IMG/VR virus record: IMGVR_UViG_3300009126_000404 | Location: 119,843 to 183,842 of that record | Source: a virus | DNA: 64,000 bases | Reading direction: 5' to 3' (one strand) | Shown here: piece by piece, positions 46,434 through 55,519 of the stretch | Layout: each line of letters begins with the position of its first letter | Numbering within the stretch: position 1 is the stretch's first letter | Made by a program: the position numbers and the translations under genes | The notes under the pieces: generated by a model | What the model was told of the DNA's origin: nothing | Databases searched by the model: none | Seen by the model: only the letters and a program-made list of their open reading frames with translations

Positions 46434-47954
46434 TTAAATCTTCTTTTGTTGTTTTAAAAGTTTATATTCGTCATTTAAATCATACTGCTTTGGGTCAATA
46501 AGATACTTTCTACTACCGTGACTGTCAATGACATACTCTCTGCCTTTTTCGTCGACATGTACTACGTCTTTATCTTCATTAGAACCTATTAATGTTTCAT
46601 GTATTTTATCTTGAACAATAGGTTTTTCGGGAGCTTCGCTGTGTTTCTTAATACCCAAATCATTTTTCTTAGTACGGGTGACATCTTTTCCACCTGTACT
46701 AGTTTTACTTTTTTTGGGGGGTTGTGGTTGGGGTTTCTGTGGTTGATATCTTTCATTTGTTTCCTTTAATTGAAGTTTTCTTAGTCCTGATACACCTCCA
46801 AGAACAAGTGCTATTGCTAATGGGTCAAATACTGCTACTAATATTAATATAACATAGCGAACTGTGTCTTCGAGAACACTTCTTGTTGCGGCTTCGCCAT
46901 ATACTAATTCTGCAATATATTTAACAGGTCCTACTTCTGCTTCTAATTGTCTACTTTCGCCTTCTAATTCATACTTTGAATTATATAGTTCATCTAACTT
47001 AATTTCAGAACTTAAAATTAAATTACGTTGTATTTCTATTAATGCTGTATTATCTTCTTGTTGTCCTTGGCCTAGTTGTGCTCTAAGTCTAGTAATTAAT
47101 GCATTAGAATCTGAAATTTGTTGTTCTGCTATCATTCTAATTCTTTTAATTTCAGCTCTAGCATTTTCTGTAACAGAATTGTCAAATTCTGACCTAACTT
47201 TATTTAACATGAAAACCGCCAAACGTCTAGCCTGAAAACTATCTTCTTTCCATATTCTTAATGCTTCTCTAGTGTTCCAACCAATACGACCGTCTTGTGT
47301 AACACCTAATAATCCTTGCATTTTTTCAACTTCGCCATTTACAGAATATTCATCTAGTAATGCTTGTTTTTTATCAATTTTGGCTATTTCGTTTTCAAAC
47401 GGTTTTATAGCATTTGCTTTGGCTTCAGCCTCTGCTATTATAATTGCATTTTGTTCATCAATTGATGGTTGTACGCCACTGTATGCTGTATTAATTCTTT
47501 CTTGCTCTATACGTATTTTTTCTTGTATTCCTTCATCTTTAGTATCATCTACTGTCTCTAGTTTGATAATTTTATCATCTGCTTTAGTAATAATTACTTT
47601 ATTTCGAACAATGCTTTCTTCTATACGTTCAATTTGAGCAACGTTCTCACTGGCCGCACTAGTTTGTTCAATATGTGCTTTACTTAAAAATCCAAAAATA
47701 CCCATGCTTGTAATAAACATAAGCAAAATTACGGCTATAGTGAGATATGACTTAATAAGAATGGGTGCTGATTTCCAGTTCAAGTGCAACCAGACAGCTG
47801 ATGTCAACTTGCCTACTTCTAGCACAGTACCCATGATAATAATCGGAATTACTGCACTGGCAAAAATAGCAACTAAGCCAACAATGCTGTAGTAGGCCGC
47901 TACTGCACTAATTATCAGAGCTACCAATACTGTCCAAATGCCAAATATCTTCAT
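46434..47954 (-). CDS. Membrane-anchored coiled-coil protein with peptidoglycan-binding-like motif
   Basis: Three N-terminal TMs, long coiled coil, QGLLGVTQDGRIGWNTREAL, C-terminal TM (AVFDPLAIAL). Confidence 0.75.
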   Translation of the reverse strand: MKIFGIWTVLVALIISAVAAYYSIVGLVAIFASAVIPIIIMGTVLEVGKLTSAVWLHLNWKSAPILIKSYLTIAVILLMFITSMGIFGFLSKAHIEQTSAASENVAQIERIEESIVRNKVIITKADDKIIKLETVDDTKDEGIQEKIRIEQERINTAYSGVQPSIDEQNAIIIAEAEAKANAIKPFENEIAKIDKKQALLDEYSVNGEVEKMQGLLGVTQDGRIGWNTREALRIWKEDSFQARRLAVFMLNKVRSEFDNSVTENARAEIKRIRMIAEQQISDSNALITRLRAQLGQGQQEDNTALIEIQRNLILSSEIKLDELYNSKYELEGESRQLEAEVGPVKYIAELVYGEAATRSVLEDTVRYVILILVAVFDPLAIALVLGGVSGLRKLQLKETNERYQPQKPQPQPPKKSKTSTGGKDVTRTKKNDLGIKKHSEAPEKPIVQDKIHETLIGSNEDKDVVHVDEKGREYVIDSHGSRKYLIDPKQYDLNDEYKLLKQQKKI

Positions 47955-47955
47955 A

Positions 47956-48309
47956 TTATTTTCCGATGTTATAACGTGTTGCAAGTCCTTCATTGACTAG
48001 CAATTCGTTTATACAAACCTCATTGTCTTTTTCGTCGACAATATATATTTTACCAAGTATACGACCATACTTTCCTCGTTTATTAAGCATAGTTTCTACT
48101 TTAAATTCTTTTGTCAAAAGTCCTATAAGTCGTTGTTTAACGTCAAGACCCTGTTGTTTGGTTTCAACATTTTTAGACCTACTATCAGGAGTATCTATTC
48201 CGAATAGTTTTAATCGTTGTTTGATTATTATGTCAAACCCTAGATCAATATTTATGTCCAAAGTATCACCATTTATAACTCTTACAAGTTTCGCTTTATA
48301 TGTGTACAT
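47956..48309 (-). CDS. Thermonuclease (SNase)-like protein with substituted active site
   Basis: VINGDT, LKLFGIDTPD, GKYGRILG. Confidence 0.8.
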   Translation of the reverse strand: MYTYKAKLVRVINGDTLDINIDLGFDIIIKQRLKLFGIDTPDSRSKNVETKQQGLDVKQRLIGLLTKEFKVETMLNKRGKYGRILGKIYIVDEKDNEVCINELLVNEGLATRYNIGK

Positions 48310-48383
48310 ACATTCCTTCACTTAAATAAACAGTTATATTTGAACTGCTATATATTTATTCGAAATTTGATAGAATTAATATA

Positions 48384-49073
48384 CTATGTTTTAGTATTCT
48401 TCCTTAACCATGCTTTAGCGGCTCTATTTGCTGGTGGAGTATTTAAAAATTTAAGAATTTCTTTATAAACTTTAGTAAAATTCTGTTCACGAGCAGGGTC
48501 TTCTAGCCCACCACTATTATCAATAACATAAAACCTTGAAGCTCCAAATATCTGTTGAAATTTCATAAGATTTTGTTGTACACGTTGCCACATCTTAGAT
48601 ACCATTTCTGGTGGTATTGTTCTGGCACGATCTGCGTTGCGTTGTAATGCAACTTCTTCACTTGTATTAACAAACAACATCATTGTATCGTATCCTAGAG
48701 CATCTAAATCCTTCTTAGAAGATATGACTTTAGAAATTTCTCTACCTGTACCGTCAATAATTAATCCTAAACGACCATCTAAATATAGTTCTTCTCTTTT
48801 TTTAGTAATCTCTTTTGCACGATCACGTACTTCTTGACCTTTTTCACTTCCGACTACTTCTGGATCACTTAAATCCATATTGTGTTTTTTAGCCAAAAAT
48901 TCATATGCCATATCACTATTAATCTGACTTAGGCCAAAACCTTTTAATAATTTATCAGCCGTATAGCTCTTTCCAGAGCCAGGGCCACCAGCTAAGAATA
49001 TTGCTTTAAATATATGAGGATCGTTTGGACCTTCAATAATCTGCTCTTGTTCTAAAATATCATGTATCTTCAT
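48384..49073 (-). CDS. P-loop kinase/ATPase (AAA_33/zeta-toxin/PNK-kinase-like) with tag MKIHDILE
   Basis: AGGPGSGKS, IIDGTG, ALQRNADRAR; leaderless late promoter. Confidence 0.8.
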   Translation of the reverse strand: MKIHDILEQEQIIEGPNDPHIFKAIFLAGGPGSGKSYTADKLLKGFGLSQINSDMAYEFLAKKHNMDLSDPEVVGSEKGQEVRDRAKEITKKREELYLDGRLGLIIDGTGREISKVISSKKDLDALGYDTMMLFVNTSEEVALQRNADRARTIPPEMVSKMWQRVQQNLMKFQQIFGASRFYVIDNSGGLEDPAREQNFTKVYKEILKFLNTPPANRAAKAWLRKNTKT

Positions 49074-49108
49074 ACTACTATTTAGTATATAATAATGATA
49101 TGATTATA

Positions 49109-49696
49109 TTATGCTTTTCGAGAGATTACTCTATCTGCGAGACCAAAATCAACGGCTTCTTGTGCTGACAAATAGTTATCACGTTCCATTGCTTCTCTTA
49201 ATTCGTCATATTTTTTGCCTGCACTATTATGCTTTTCATAGATTCTAGTGAGATTTTCTTTTATTTTAATGATTTCTGCAACTTGGATTTCCATGTCTGT
49301 AGCTTGTCCACCTGCACCACCTTTTGGTTGATGAATCATTGTACGAGCATTTGGTAATATTAAACGTTTACCAGGTTCGCCTGCCATAGCAAGGAAACTA
49401 CCCATACTACACGCCTGACCTAAAACAATTGTGCTTACTGGTGATTTAATAAACTGCATTGTATCATAAATTCCAAGTCCTGCTGTTATTCCTCCGCCTG
49501 GACTATTAATGTAAAAATTAATATCTTCTGCTGAATTTGCTGATTCTAAGAATAGCATTTGTGCAACCACTAGGTTTGCGGTATGATCTGTTACTTCTCC
49601 ATTAAGCATTACAATACGATCTTTAAGCAAACGACTGTAAATATCGTATGCACGTTCGCCTCTGCCTGTTGTCTCAATTACTGTTGGTATTAACAT
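49109..49696 (-). CDS. clpP: ATP-dependent Clp protease proteolytic subunit ClpP
   Basis: [40 protein letters not shown]. Confidence 0.96.
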   Translation of the reverse strand: MLIPTVIETTGRGERAYDIYSRLLKDRIVMLNGEVTDHTANLVVAQMLFLESANSAEDINFYINSPGGGITAGLGIYDTMQFIKSPVSTIVLGQACSMGSFLAMAGEPGKRLILPNARTMIHQPKGGAGGQATDMEIQVAEIIKIKENLTRIYEKHNSAGKKYDELREAMERDNYLSAQEAVDFGLADRVISRKA

Positions 49697-49712
49697 ATTA
49701 TCTCCTATGTGT

Positions 49713-50561
49713 TTATTTATATTTTACTTGTAAATCCATAATTATACTATAACGATCTCCTAAATCTTCTTGTGGATTGTGCTTCGTTCCGTGATATGTT
49801 GGTATCCATCCACTTTGTTCTGCATGTTCAGAATGCATCCATAACATTTTATTCTTTGTAAGATCTGTAATCATATTTCGTTCTTTCGTTTTAGTATTTT
49901 TTGCATAAAACTCTGAATAGTTTTCACCTAAGTGTAAACCACCCAAGGTTTCATCACAATGTTCTCTTCCAAATCGTTTAGAATTATGTTTTCTATGTTC
50001 TACACGATTTTTTTCTGTAGCACTAGGAGTATTATACTTGATAATCATTAATTTGTAAAGGATTAAATCTTCCCATAATTCTGATTGATCAGAATAATTT
50101 TGATACAAGTAATGTTCTAAAACTGGCTTAAAGTCTTTATGCATTTCTATAAAATAACTAAGTTCAGCTGGTATAAGGGAATTGATTTCCTCTTCTGACC
50201 ACGAATACAAGTATATTTTACTTCTTTGTACTACATCTGGCGATTTAACATCATCATTATGTGACATCCATGAATCAGGACCAGCTATATAATCAAGATC
50301 CCATCCAAAAGCATTGCCAGAATGAAGATATGAATAAATTTTGTTTGGAATAACATCATCTTCCCATTCTTTGATTTCTTGTTTAGTATTATGTTTTTTA
50401 AAAAAATCAATATCTACAATATCATGTAATTTTTTTGCTACTTCAAACCTATCTGCATATTTTGAAGATAACAATGTAGAATCAGCAACAGGCCATGAAC
50501 CTTGTTGCTGATGGTTTTGTAATTCTTCGTATGTGAAAAGATTATGTCTTGTTTTCGACAT
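49713..50561 (-). CDS. 2OG-Fe(II) oxygenase-like protein (IPNS-like motif spacing)
   Basis: EHCDETL (HxD), distal YHG...RYS. Confidence 0.55.
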   Translation of the reverse strand: MSKTRHNLFTYEELQNHQQQGSWPVADSTLLSSKYADRFEVAKKLHDIVDIDFFKKHNTKQEIKEWEDDVIPNKIYSYLHSGNAFGWDLDYIAGPDSWMSHNDDVKSPDVVQRSKIYLYSWSEEEINSLIPAELSYFIEMHKDFKPVLEHYLYQNYSDQSELWEDLILYKLMIIKYNTPSATEKNRVEHRKHNSKRFGREHCDETLGGLHLGENYSEFYAKNTKTKERNMITDLTKNKMLWMHSEHAEQSGWIPTYHGTKHNPQEDLGDRYSIIMDLQVKYK

Positions 50562-50757
50562 CTACGACTTTAACCTTCGTTATCTTAGCATCTCCGGTAG
50601 TAGGGTTCTTCTCTACTGTAATATGTCCGGTTGCCTCGAGAAGTTTAAGAGTAGACTCCATTCCTTCTATTAATCCTTGTTTATAGCCTGATTTGTGATT
50701 AAAATATGCACAGGCAATAGTAAATCCAACAAGTAATAAAATTAGGTCGATGCTCAT
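50542..50757 (-). CDS. Small single-TM protein
   Basis: ORF track 50542..50784; ATG 50757 is 5 nt after GTAAATA. Confidence 0.65.
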   Translation of the reverse strand: MSIDLILLLVGFTIACAYFNHKSGYKQGLIEGMESTLKLLEATGHITVEKNPTTGDAKITKVKVVDVENKT

Positions 50758-50761
50758 ATAA

Positions 50762-51304
50762 CTATTTACCTCCAACCATACCAACCGCTATAGGATATAA
50801 AGCATGATCGTGTACTTTAGTCATTATTTTAATAAGATGTGCTTTTTCTTTTAAGAACACTTTTGCAAAACTTGGATCGTTTGCTTCGATATCATCACTG
50901 TTATCAATTAGATCTGCAAGTTTAATAATTTGTGCTTCTTTACTTACTTTACTAAGTTTTTTAGCATCTATGGCTTTACGTTTAGCACGATTTCCATCTT
51001 CTGGTTTACTTACATCTGTAAGTTCTACAACTAATTTATGAATTTTCCAGCCAAATACTTCAGCAATAAGATCACTTGTAACTTGTGTATCTTCCAATAC
51101 ATCATGCAAAAGAGCCGCGGCAATCATATCGTCAGTTCCACCGTGATCAGCAACTATCTTAGATACTCTACGTGGATGAACAATATAATCAACTTTAGTG
51201 TATTTACGTTTTTGCCCGATTGCGGCATGAGCCGTACTTGCAAAAAGATCCGCTTTTTCAATAATATTCATTTTAGTCTGTTCTAACTCCGTGTCCATAA
51301 TCAA
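50762..51304 (-). CDS. RelA/SpoT-type HD hydrolase (small alarmone hydrolase, Mesh1-like)
   Basis: AHAAIGQKRK..Y..HP, AAALLHDVLEDT, VELTD, IKLADLIDN. Confidence 0.88.
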   Translation of the reverse strand: MIMDTELEQTKMNIIEKADLFASTAHAAIGQKRKYTKVDYIVHPRRVSKIVADHGGTDDMIAAALLHDVLEDTQVTSDLIAEVFGWKIHKLVVELTDVSKPEDGNRAKRKAIDAKKLSKVSKEAQIIKLADLIDNSDDIEANDPSFAKVFLKEKAHLIKIMTKVHDHALYPIAVGMVGGK

Positions 51305-52397
51305 TTATTACAGGAAAACGTGGAACTCCATCTGGTGTTAAATCAAAATATCTGCAAGTAGCCCAATTTGGCATTCCTTTTGCAGTATTTTTCTGCTCCC
51401 ACAATTCTTTCAATTGTGCTTGTTGTCCTCTAACTCCACTACCAAACTCTTTACCTTCTTTATCCCTAAGAATAAATCGTTTAGCATAACCTGACCAATT
51501 ACCCTTTCCTTCTAATACTTGGATAACATCAAATTCTTCAGTTTTAAACTCTTTACGTTTTAAAAGATTTTTACTACGTTTATTGTCATATGTTGCATCA
51601 TTACGTACCATTTGACCTTCGTATCCTTGCTCCATATATTCACTATATAATGCATCTAATGAATCCTGGTCTTTACAAAAATCGGTCTTTACAATCTTTA
51701 CAAAATCATTGTTAGCCCAAAATGCTTGTTTAATACGATTAGTAAATTTCATGTCTTTTGTAACTGTATCAAACATATCATAAACGTGATATTGAACAAG
51801 TCCTTTTGCCTCTTCCATATCTTCTGGAGTGCTTTTTAACTTACGAACTAAACTTGTAATTTTATTAAAATTTGCTTTTAATTCGTGATTATAAAGTTCA
51901 CCATCTAAAATAAAATGAGGATTTTGTTCCATAAAACCTTTTAACGATTCCCAAATATGTGGGCAACTTGTAATAGGCTTACCAGCACGTGTCCACATTC
52001 CACGACTATCAACAATACAACGAATTCCATCAAGTTTAGGCTGACTCCAACCTGAACTTTGTGGTCGTTTTGTATAATCATGTGCCAACATAGGCTTAAA
52101 TCTTTCATAAGAGTCAACATCTTTTACATCTACAAAATACTCTTTTTCTGATCTTTTATCCCACAATGCTTTGGCTTCTGCTTCGGCTTGGCTTAATGCA
52201 GTTGTTTCGTTTACTTTACCAACATTTTTTGGAGTACTTGCGTTCCAGTCACTTGTTACTTTTTGTCCATCAACTAGTCCACTAATAGTTCGTGTACCTG
52301 CTACATCGCCTTCTGATCCGTATTCAACTTCCCACATACGAATTTTACCTGTTGTATCTCTTTTAAAAAGTGTTTTTAATTTCACAATATTTGTCAT
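51273..52397 (-). CDS. ATP-dependent DNA ligase with N-terminal extension
   Basis: KPMLA, QPKLDGIRC (KxDG), LDGELY, YEGQMVR, KRSKNLLKRK, PRFP. Confidence 0.92.
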   Translation of the reverse strand: MTNIVKLKTLFKRDTTGKIRMWEVEYGSEGDVAGTRTISGLVDGQKVTSDWNASTPKNVGKVNETTALSQAEAEAKALWDKRSEKEYFVDVKDVDSYERFKPMLAHDYTKRPQSSGWSQPKLDGIRCIVDSRGMWTRAGKPITSCPHIWESLKGFMEQNPHFILDGELYNHELKANFNKITSLVRKLKSTPEDMEEAKGLVQYHVYDMFDTVTKDMKFTNRIKQAFWANNDFVKIVKTDFCKDQDSLDALYSEYMEQGYEGQMVRNDATYDNKRSKNLLKRKEFKTEEFDVIQVLEGKGNWSGYAKRFILRDKEGKEFGSGVRGQQAQLKELWEQKNTAKGMPNWATCRYFDLTPDGVPRFPVIIDYGHGVRTD

Positions 52398-52552
52398 TTT
52401 CTCATCCTATGTAATTTTTTAAGAATTGTACCTGCTGTCGTCATCCAAAATTTATGTGCCCAACTACCTTTGGTACTTAGTTTTGCGGCACGAACACAGC
52501 TCTCAAGTCTGCGTTCGTACAATAATTTTACTTGTTCGTCTACTTTTTCCAT
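52394..52552 (-). CDS. 52-aa hypothetical protein
   Basis: Hand translation MEKVDEQVKLLYERRLESCVRAAKLSTKGSWAHKFW...; ATGA overlap with ligase start. Confidence 0.6.
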   Translation of the reverse strand: MEKVDEQVKLLYERRLESCVRAAKLSTKGSWAHKFWMTTAGTILKKLHRMRK

Positions 52553-52553
52553 A

Positions 52554-52889
52554 TTACTTCAAGTAATGAGGACCTGTCCATGCAATACTGTAATCATCAT
52601 CAAAGATATTACCCCTTGCACTATTTGTTGCAGGTGCCGCCCAACTTGCGGCTTTAAGAATATCACCTTTTTTAAACCTTGGTCCATCATCATTAACAAT
52701 GAAACCCCAAACAGAACCATCACGTATAACTTTTGTATACTTTTGACCTTTTCTGATACCTATATTTTTCTCAAAATTAGCCAGTTCGTTTGTATGATAA
52801 GTAGAAAGTTCTTTTCCGCCATGAGCGGTAGCAAACTTAACATAATCATCTTTAATTTTTTCAATTAATTTTTTTATTTCTTTATCCAT
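52554..52889 (-). CDS. Hypothetical phage protein (GDILKAASWAAPA..ARGNI motif), probably early
   Basis: ORF track; AAGGA SD. Confidence 0.8.
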   Translation of the reverse strand: MDKEIKKLIEKIKDDYVKFATAHGGKELSTYHTNELANFEKNIGIRKGQKYTKVIRDGSVWGFIVNDDGPRFKKGDILKAASWAAPATNSARGNIFDDDYSIAWTGPHYLK

Positions 52890-52912
52890 TTTTATTCCTT
52901 TTTTAATTAAAT

Positions 52913-53248
52913 TTAGTCTAACCTTGAACCCGAATATGCTTTAAAACCGTAACTTGTAAAAACATCAGCCGCCGCACTAGCACCTGCTTCTTTTACACTA
53001 ACGTTTTGAACACTAAGACCACCTGGGTTCCAAATATTATATGCACCACTGTAATCTTTTTCAAGACCTGCGGCTTTCATAGATTTACCTAGTTTAGTAT
53101 TACCTTTAATACCAAAAATCTTAACCCAAGCAAATCCACATGGAAAATTGTCTTCTCCACCTAGTTTTTCTGTTAAATATGTTGTTGAAGCGATTTCTGC
53201 GGCTTTTTTTGCTTCAATAATGATTTCTTTTATAGTATCTGTGTTCAT
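52913..53248 (-). CDS. Hypothetical phage protein (CGFAWV motif), probably early
   Basis: ORF track; directly downstream of a sigma70 promoter; AAGGAG SD. Confidence 0.8.
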   Translation of the reverse strand: MNTDTIKEIIIEAKKAAEIASTTYLTEKLGGEDNFPCGFAWVKIFGIKGNTKLGKSMKAAGLEKDYSGAYNIWNPGGLSVQNVSVKEAGASAAADVFTSYGFKAYSGSRLD

Positions 53249-53280
53249 TTTATCTCCTTTTTTATTAACTTTATACTACT

Positions 53281-53309
53281 ATTATACGGCAAGATGTCTT
53301 ACTTGTCAA
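53281..53309 (-). promoter_or_regulatory. sigma70-like promoter TTGACA-N17-TATAAT containing near-palindrome GTAAGA-CA-TCTTGC
   Basis: Direct inspection. Confidence 0.85.
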
Positions 53310-53310
53310 C

Positions 53311-53349
53311 CTATTTTAGCACTATTTTAGCACTAAATTAGCACTAAAT
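53311..53349. repeat. 11-bp tandem repeat CTA(TT/AA)TTAGCA-like x3.5
   Basis: ctattttagca ctattttagca ctaaattagca ctaaat. Confidence 0.85.
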
Positions 53350-53679
53350 CTGCTTATTTTGTGTTGGATACCAAATACTTGCAATATGAGAACCACCAAA
53401 ACGACTTGGATCTGTGTGTTCTGGGCCTCTTATACCAAAATGTGGTTGTATATTTCCATGAAGAATTCTACGATAAACTTGCTGAGCTCTTTGTAAATTC
53501 TTAAAAGGTCCTGCAATATCTTCGGTAGAAATAAGTTTATAACCATCTCCAGGAACATCTCCCATATTCATCTCAGTTATATAAAATCCACTTTTACAAA
53601 GATATGGATTTCTTTTATTTGTTCTATTTTCTACGTGTGTTAGTTTCATTATTTCTCCTCTCATAATGGTACCGGCCAT
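53344..53679 (-). CDS. Hypothetical protein
   Basis: ORF track; start may be MKLTH. Confidence 0.65.
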   Translation of the reverse strand: MAGTIMRGEIMKLTHVENRTNKRNPYLCKSGFYITEMNMGDVPGDGYKLISTEDIAGPFKNLQRAQQVYRRILHGNIQPHFGIRGPEHTDPSRFGGSHIASIWYPTQNKQI

Positions 53680-53885
53680 CCGTCTTTGCCGTATAAAGGT
53701 TTAAATGTTTTTGGATCTACACGAACAATAGTCGCGTAAGCCCCTTCCATATATTTTTCAACATTTGCTTTTTTCTTTAATGCATCTTTTAAAGACTTAT
53801 AATGTCCTGCACTCTTATTTGTTCTAAGAAGCCTAACTTCGTAAGTCTTATCTGGATTGCTATATATTTCTGCGTCTGTTTTCAT
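53661..53885 (-). CDS. Small hypothetical protein
   Basis: ORF track. Confidence 0.65.
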   Translation of the reverse strand: MKTDAEIYSNPDKTYEVRLLRTNKSAGHYKSLKDALKKKANVEKYMEGAYATIVRVDPKTFKPLYGKDGWPVPL

Positions 53886-54036
53886 TTAATTTTCTTTCTT
53901 AATTTTTCAATTTTAGTTTCTGCTACTTTTTGCTTTTTCATTAAATCTATTATAGCCTGCATTATTGCATTCAGTTTACCTTGCTCATATGCTAAATCAC
54001 TATATACTGAAATATTATTATTTGCTTTGGTTTTCA

Positions 54037-54507
54037 TTAAAATGGTATCTCACTTTCCGCCACTTTCTTATCTGATGTTTCTTTTTCTTCTTCAGTCCAT
54101 CTATAAGAATCAGTAGTCCACTCTGGATCATCATAATCTAAATAATGTTCGTTAGTATCAATATCTTGATCTTCTCTTGGAACACATTCAGAAACCTTTT
54201 GAGTGCATGGTTCTCTATACTTTTCATAATCATGATCAGCATCACCATCAAAGTTATAATCTTCAGCAACTACTTCGACTGGGTCATCACCGTAATACCC
54301 ATCTTGCCATTCAATCTTTTCAATTCCACCGTGATCTCTAACTGCATCTTCGGCTTCATCTTTTGAATTGGCAACCACTTCGTATTCTACCCAAGCGGTA
54401 TAATGTCTTCTAACTTTGTATTTTGATTTTCCGATGTCCTTATGTGGATCATCTTTCTTATATGTTCCGTCTATAATTGGCGGAAATTGTTTATTATATT
54501 CTTTCAT
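54037..54507 (-). CDS. Acidic hypothetical protein
   Basis: ORF track; GGAGG SD. Confidence 0.75.
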   Translation of the reverse strand: MKEYNKQFPPIIDGTYKKDDPHKDIGKSKYKVRRHYTAWVEYEVVANSKDEAEDAVRDHGGIEKIEWQDGYYGDDPVEVVAEDYNFDGDADHDYEKYREPCTQKVSECVPREDQDIDTNEHYLDYDDPEWTTDSYRWTEEEKETSDKKVAESEIPF

Positions 54508-54773
54508 TAAACACCCTCCATATTACTGCAACAATTCCAAATAAAATAATACATTGAAGTTCTGTTGGAGCATTTAAAAATATATCAAATATTTCTATCA
54601 TTATAATATCTCCATTTCTTTTTTAATTATAATTTTGTCTATATTTCTTCTTGTTGTATTTCCTATTTTTTTAACTTCTTTTAAATGAGCAGAAACTGCT
54701 CCTTTAGTTGAATAATTGTTTTTAGGACCGTTAAGAGGTCCTAACATTTTATCACCTTTGTTTTTAAAATTCA

Positions 54774-54989
54774 TTAAAGTACACTTTCTCTATATTTGCT
54801 TTGTTTTTCTTGCCATGCTTCGTAAAGAGCATCTTCAACATGATCAGCTTCACCTGAACCTGCAAGTAAATCACCATGTTCTTTCATTTTATCTGTAAAT
54901 TCTTGAAGAGTCTCGCAATCACCTATTGTCTTATCTGCAATATCCCAGAATTTGTCTACATTATCAAAAATCCAACCTGACATTCCCAT
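54774..54989 (-). CDS. Small hypothetical protein, probably early
   Basis: ORF track; AAGGAG SD behind a sigma70 promoter. Confidence 0.75.
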   Translation of the reverse strand: MGMSGWIFDNVDKFWDIADKTIGDCETLQEFTDKMKEHGDLLAGSGEADHVEDALYEAWQEKQSKYRESVL

Positions 54990-55022
54990 TTTTTTCTCCT
55001 TTGTTTAATTAACTATACTTAC

Positions 55023-55051
55023 AGTATACTGTAAGACGTCTTACTTGTCAA
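55023..55051 (-). promoter_or_regulatory. sigma70-like promoter TTGACA-N17-TATACT containing perfect palindrome GTAAGACGTCTTAC
   Basis: Direct inspection. Confidence 0.85.
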
Positions 55052-55063
55052 CCATTAATAGCC

Positions 55064-55094
55064 ATAAAAAAACCCTTATTTTCCAAGGGTTTTT
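55064..55094 (-). terminator. Rho-independent terminator
   Basis: AACCCTT-GGAAAAT-AAGGGTT followed by a T-tract; boundaries approximate. Confidence 0.75.
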
Positions 55095-55135
55095 AATCTT
55101 TTTCTGTATGTATGTTTTTTAAAATGATACTATAT

Positions 55136-55519
55136 CTAGTCCCAATGCATTTTATTGGATTTTTGATGGTAATAATTCTCTTTAATTCGTTCCATTTCTT
55201 GTACTGGTATTCTAAAATTATATCTGTTAAAATTAATACCTACAAAGTTAGCTGGTCTACATTCAGGACGTGGTCCAAATTTACTATGATACCACCATAT
55301 TTTACTATCATCTATATCTTTGATAGTTCCTTGAATTCCGTCTTCTGTATTCCAATTCTCTAAAATATATTCAAAATCTTCTTGTTTAAATTCTCTATTA
55401 ATAACTACATAATCGTTTATTCTAAATGATACCTTTACTCTTTGCTCATCTTTAAAAAGATATATTTTAAGTGGATCATAGAATATTACTACATCGTTAT
55501 GATCTAGTATTGTACGCAT
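55136..55519 (-). CDS. Hypothetical protein
   Basis: ORF track. Confidence 0.7.
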   Translation of the reverse strand: MRTILDHNDVVIFYDPLKIYLFKDEQRVKVSFRINDYVVINREFKQEDFEYILENWNTEDGIQGTIKDIDDSKIWWYHSKFGPRPECRPANFVGINFNRYNFRIPVQEMERIKENYYHQKSNKMHWD

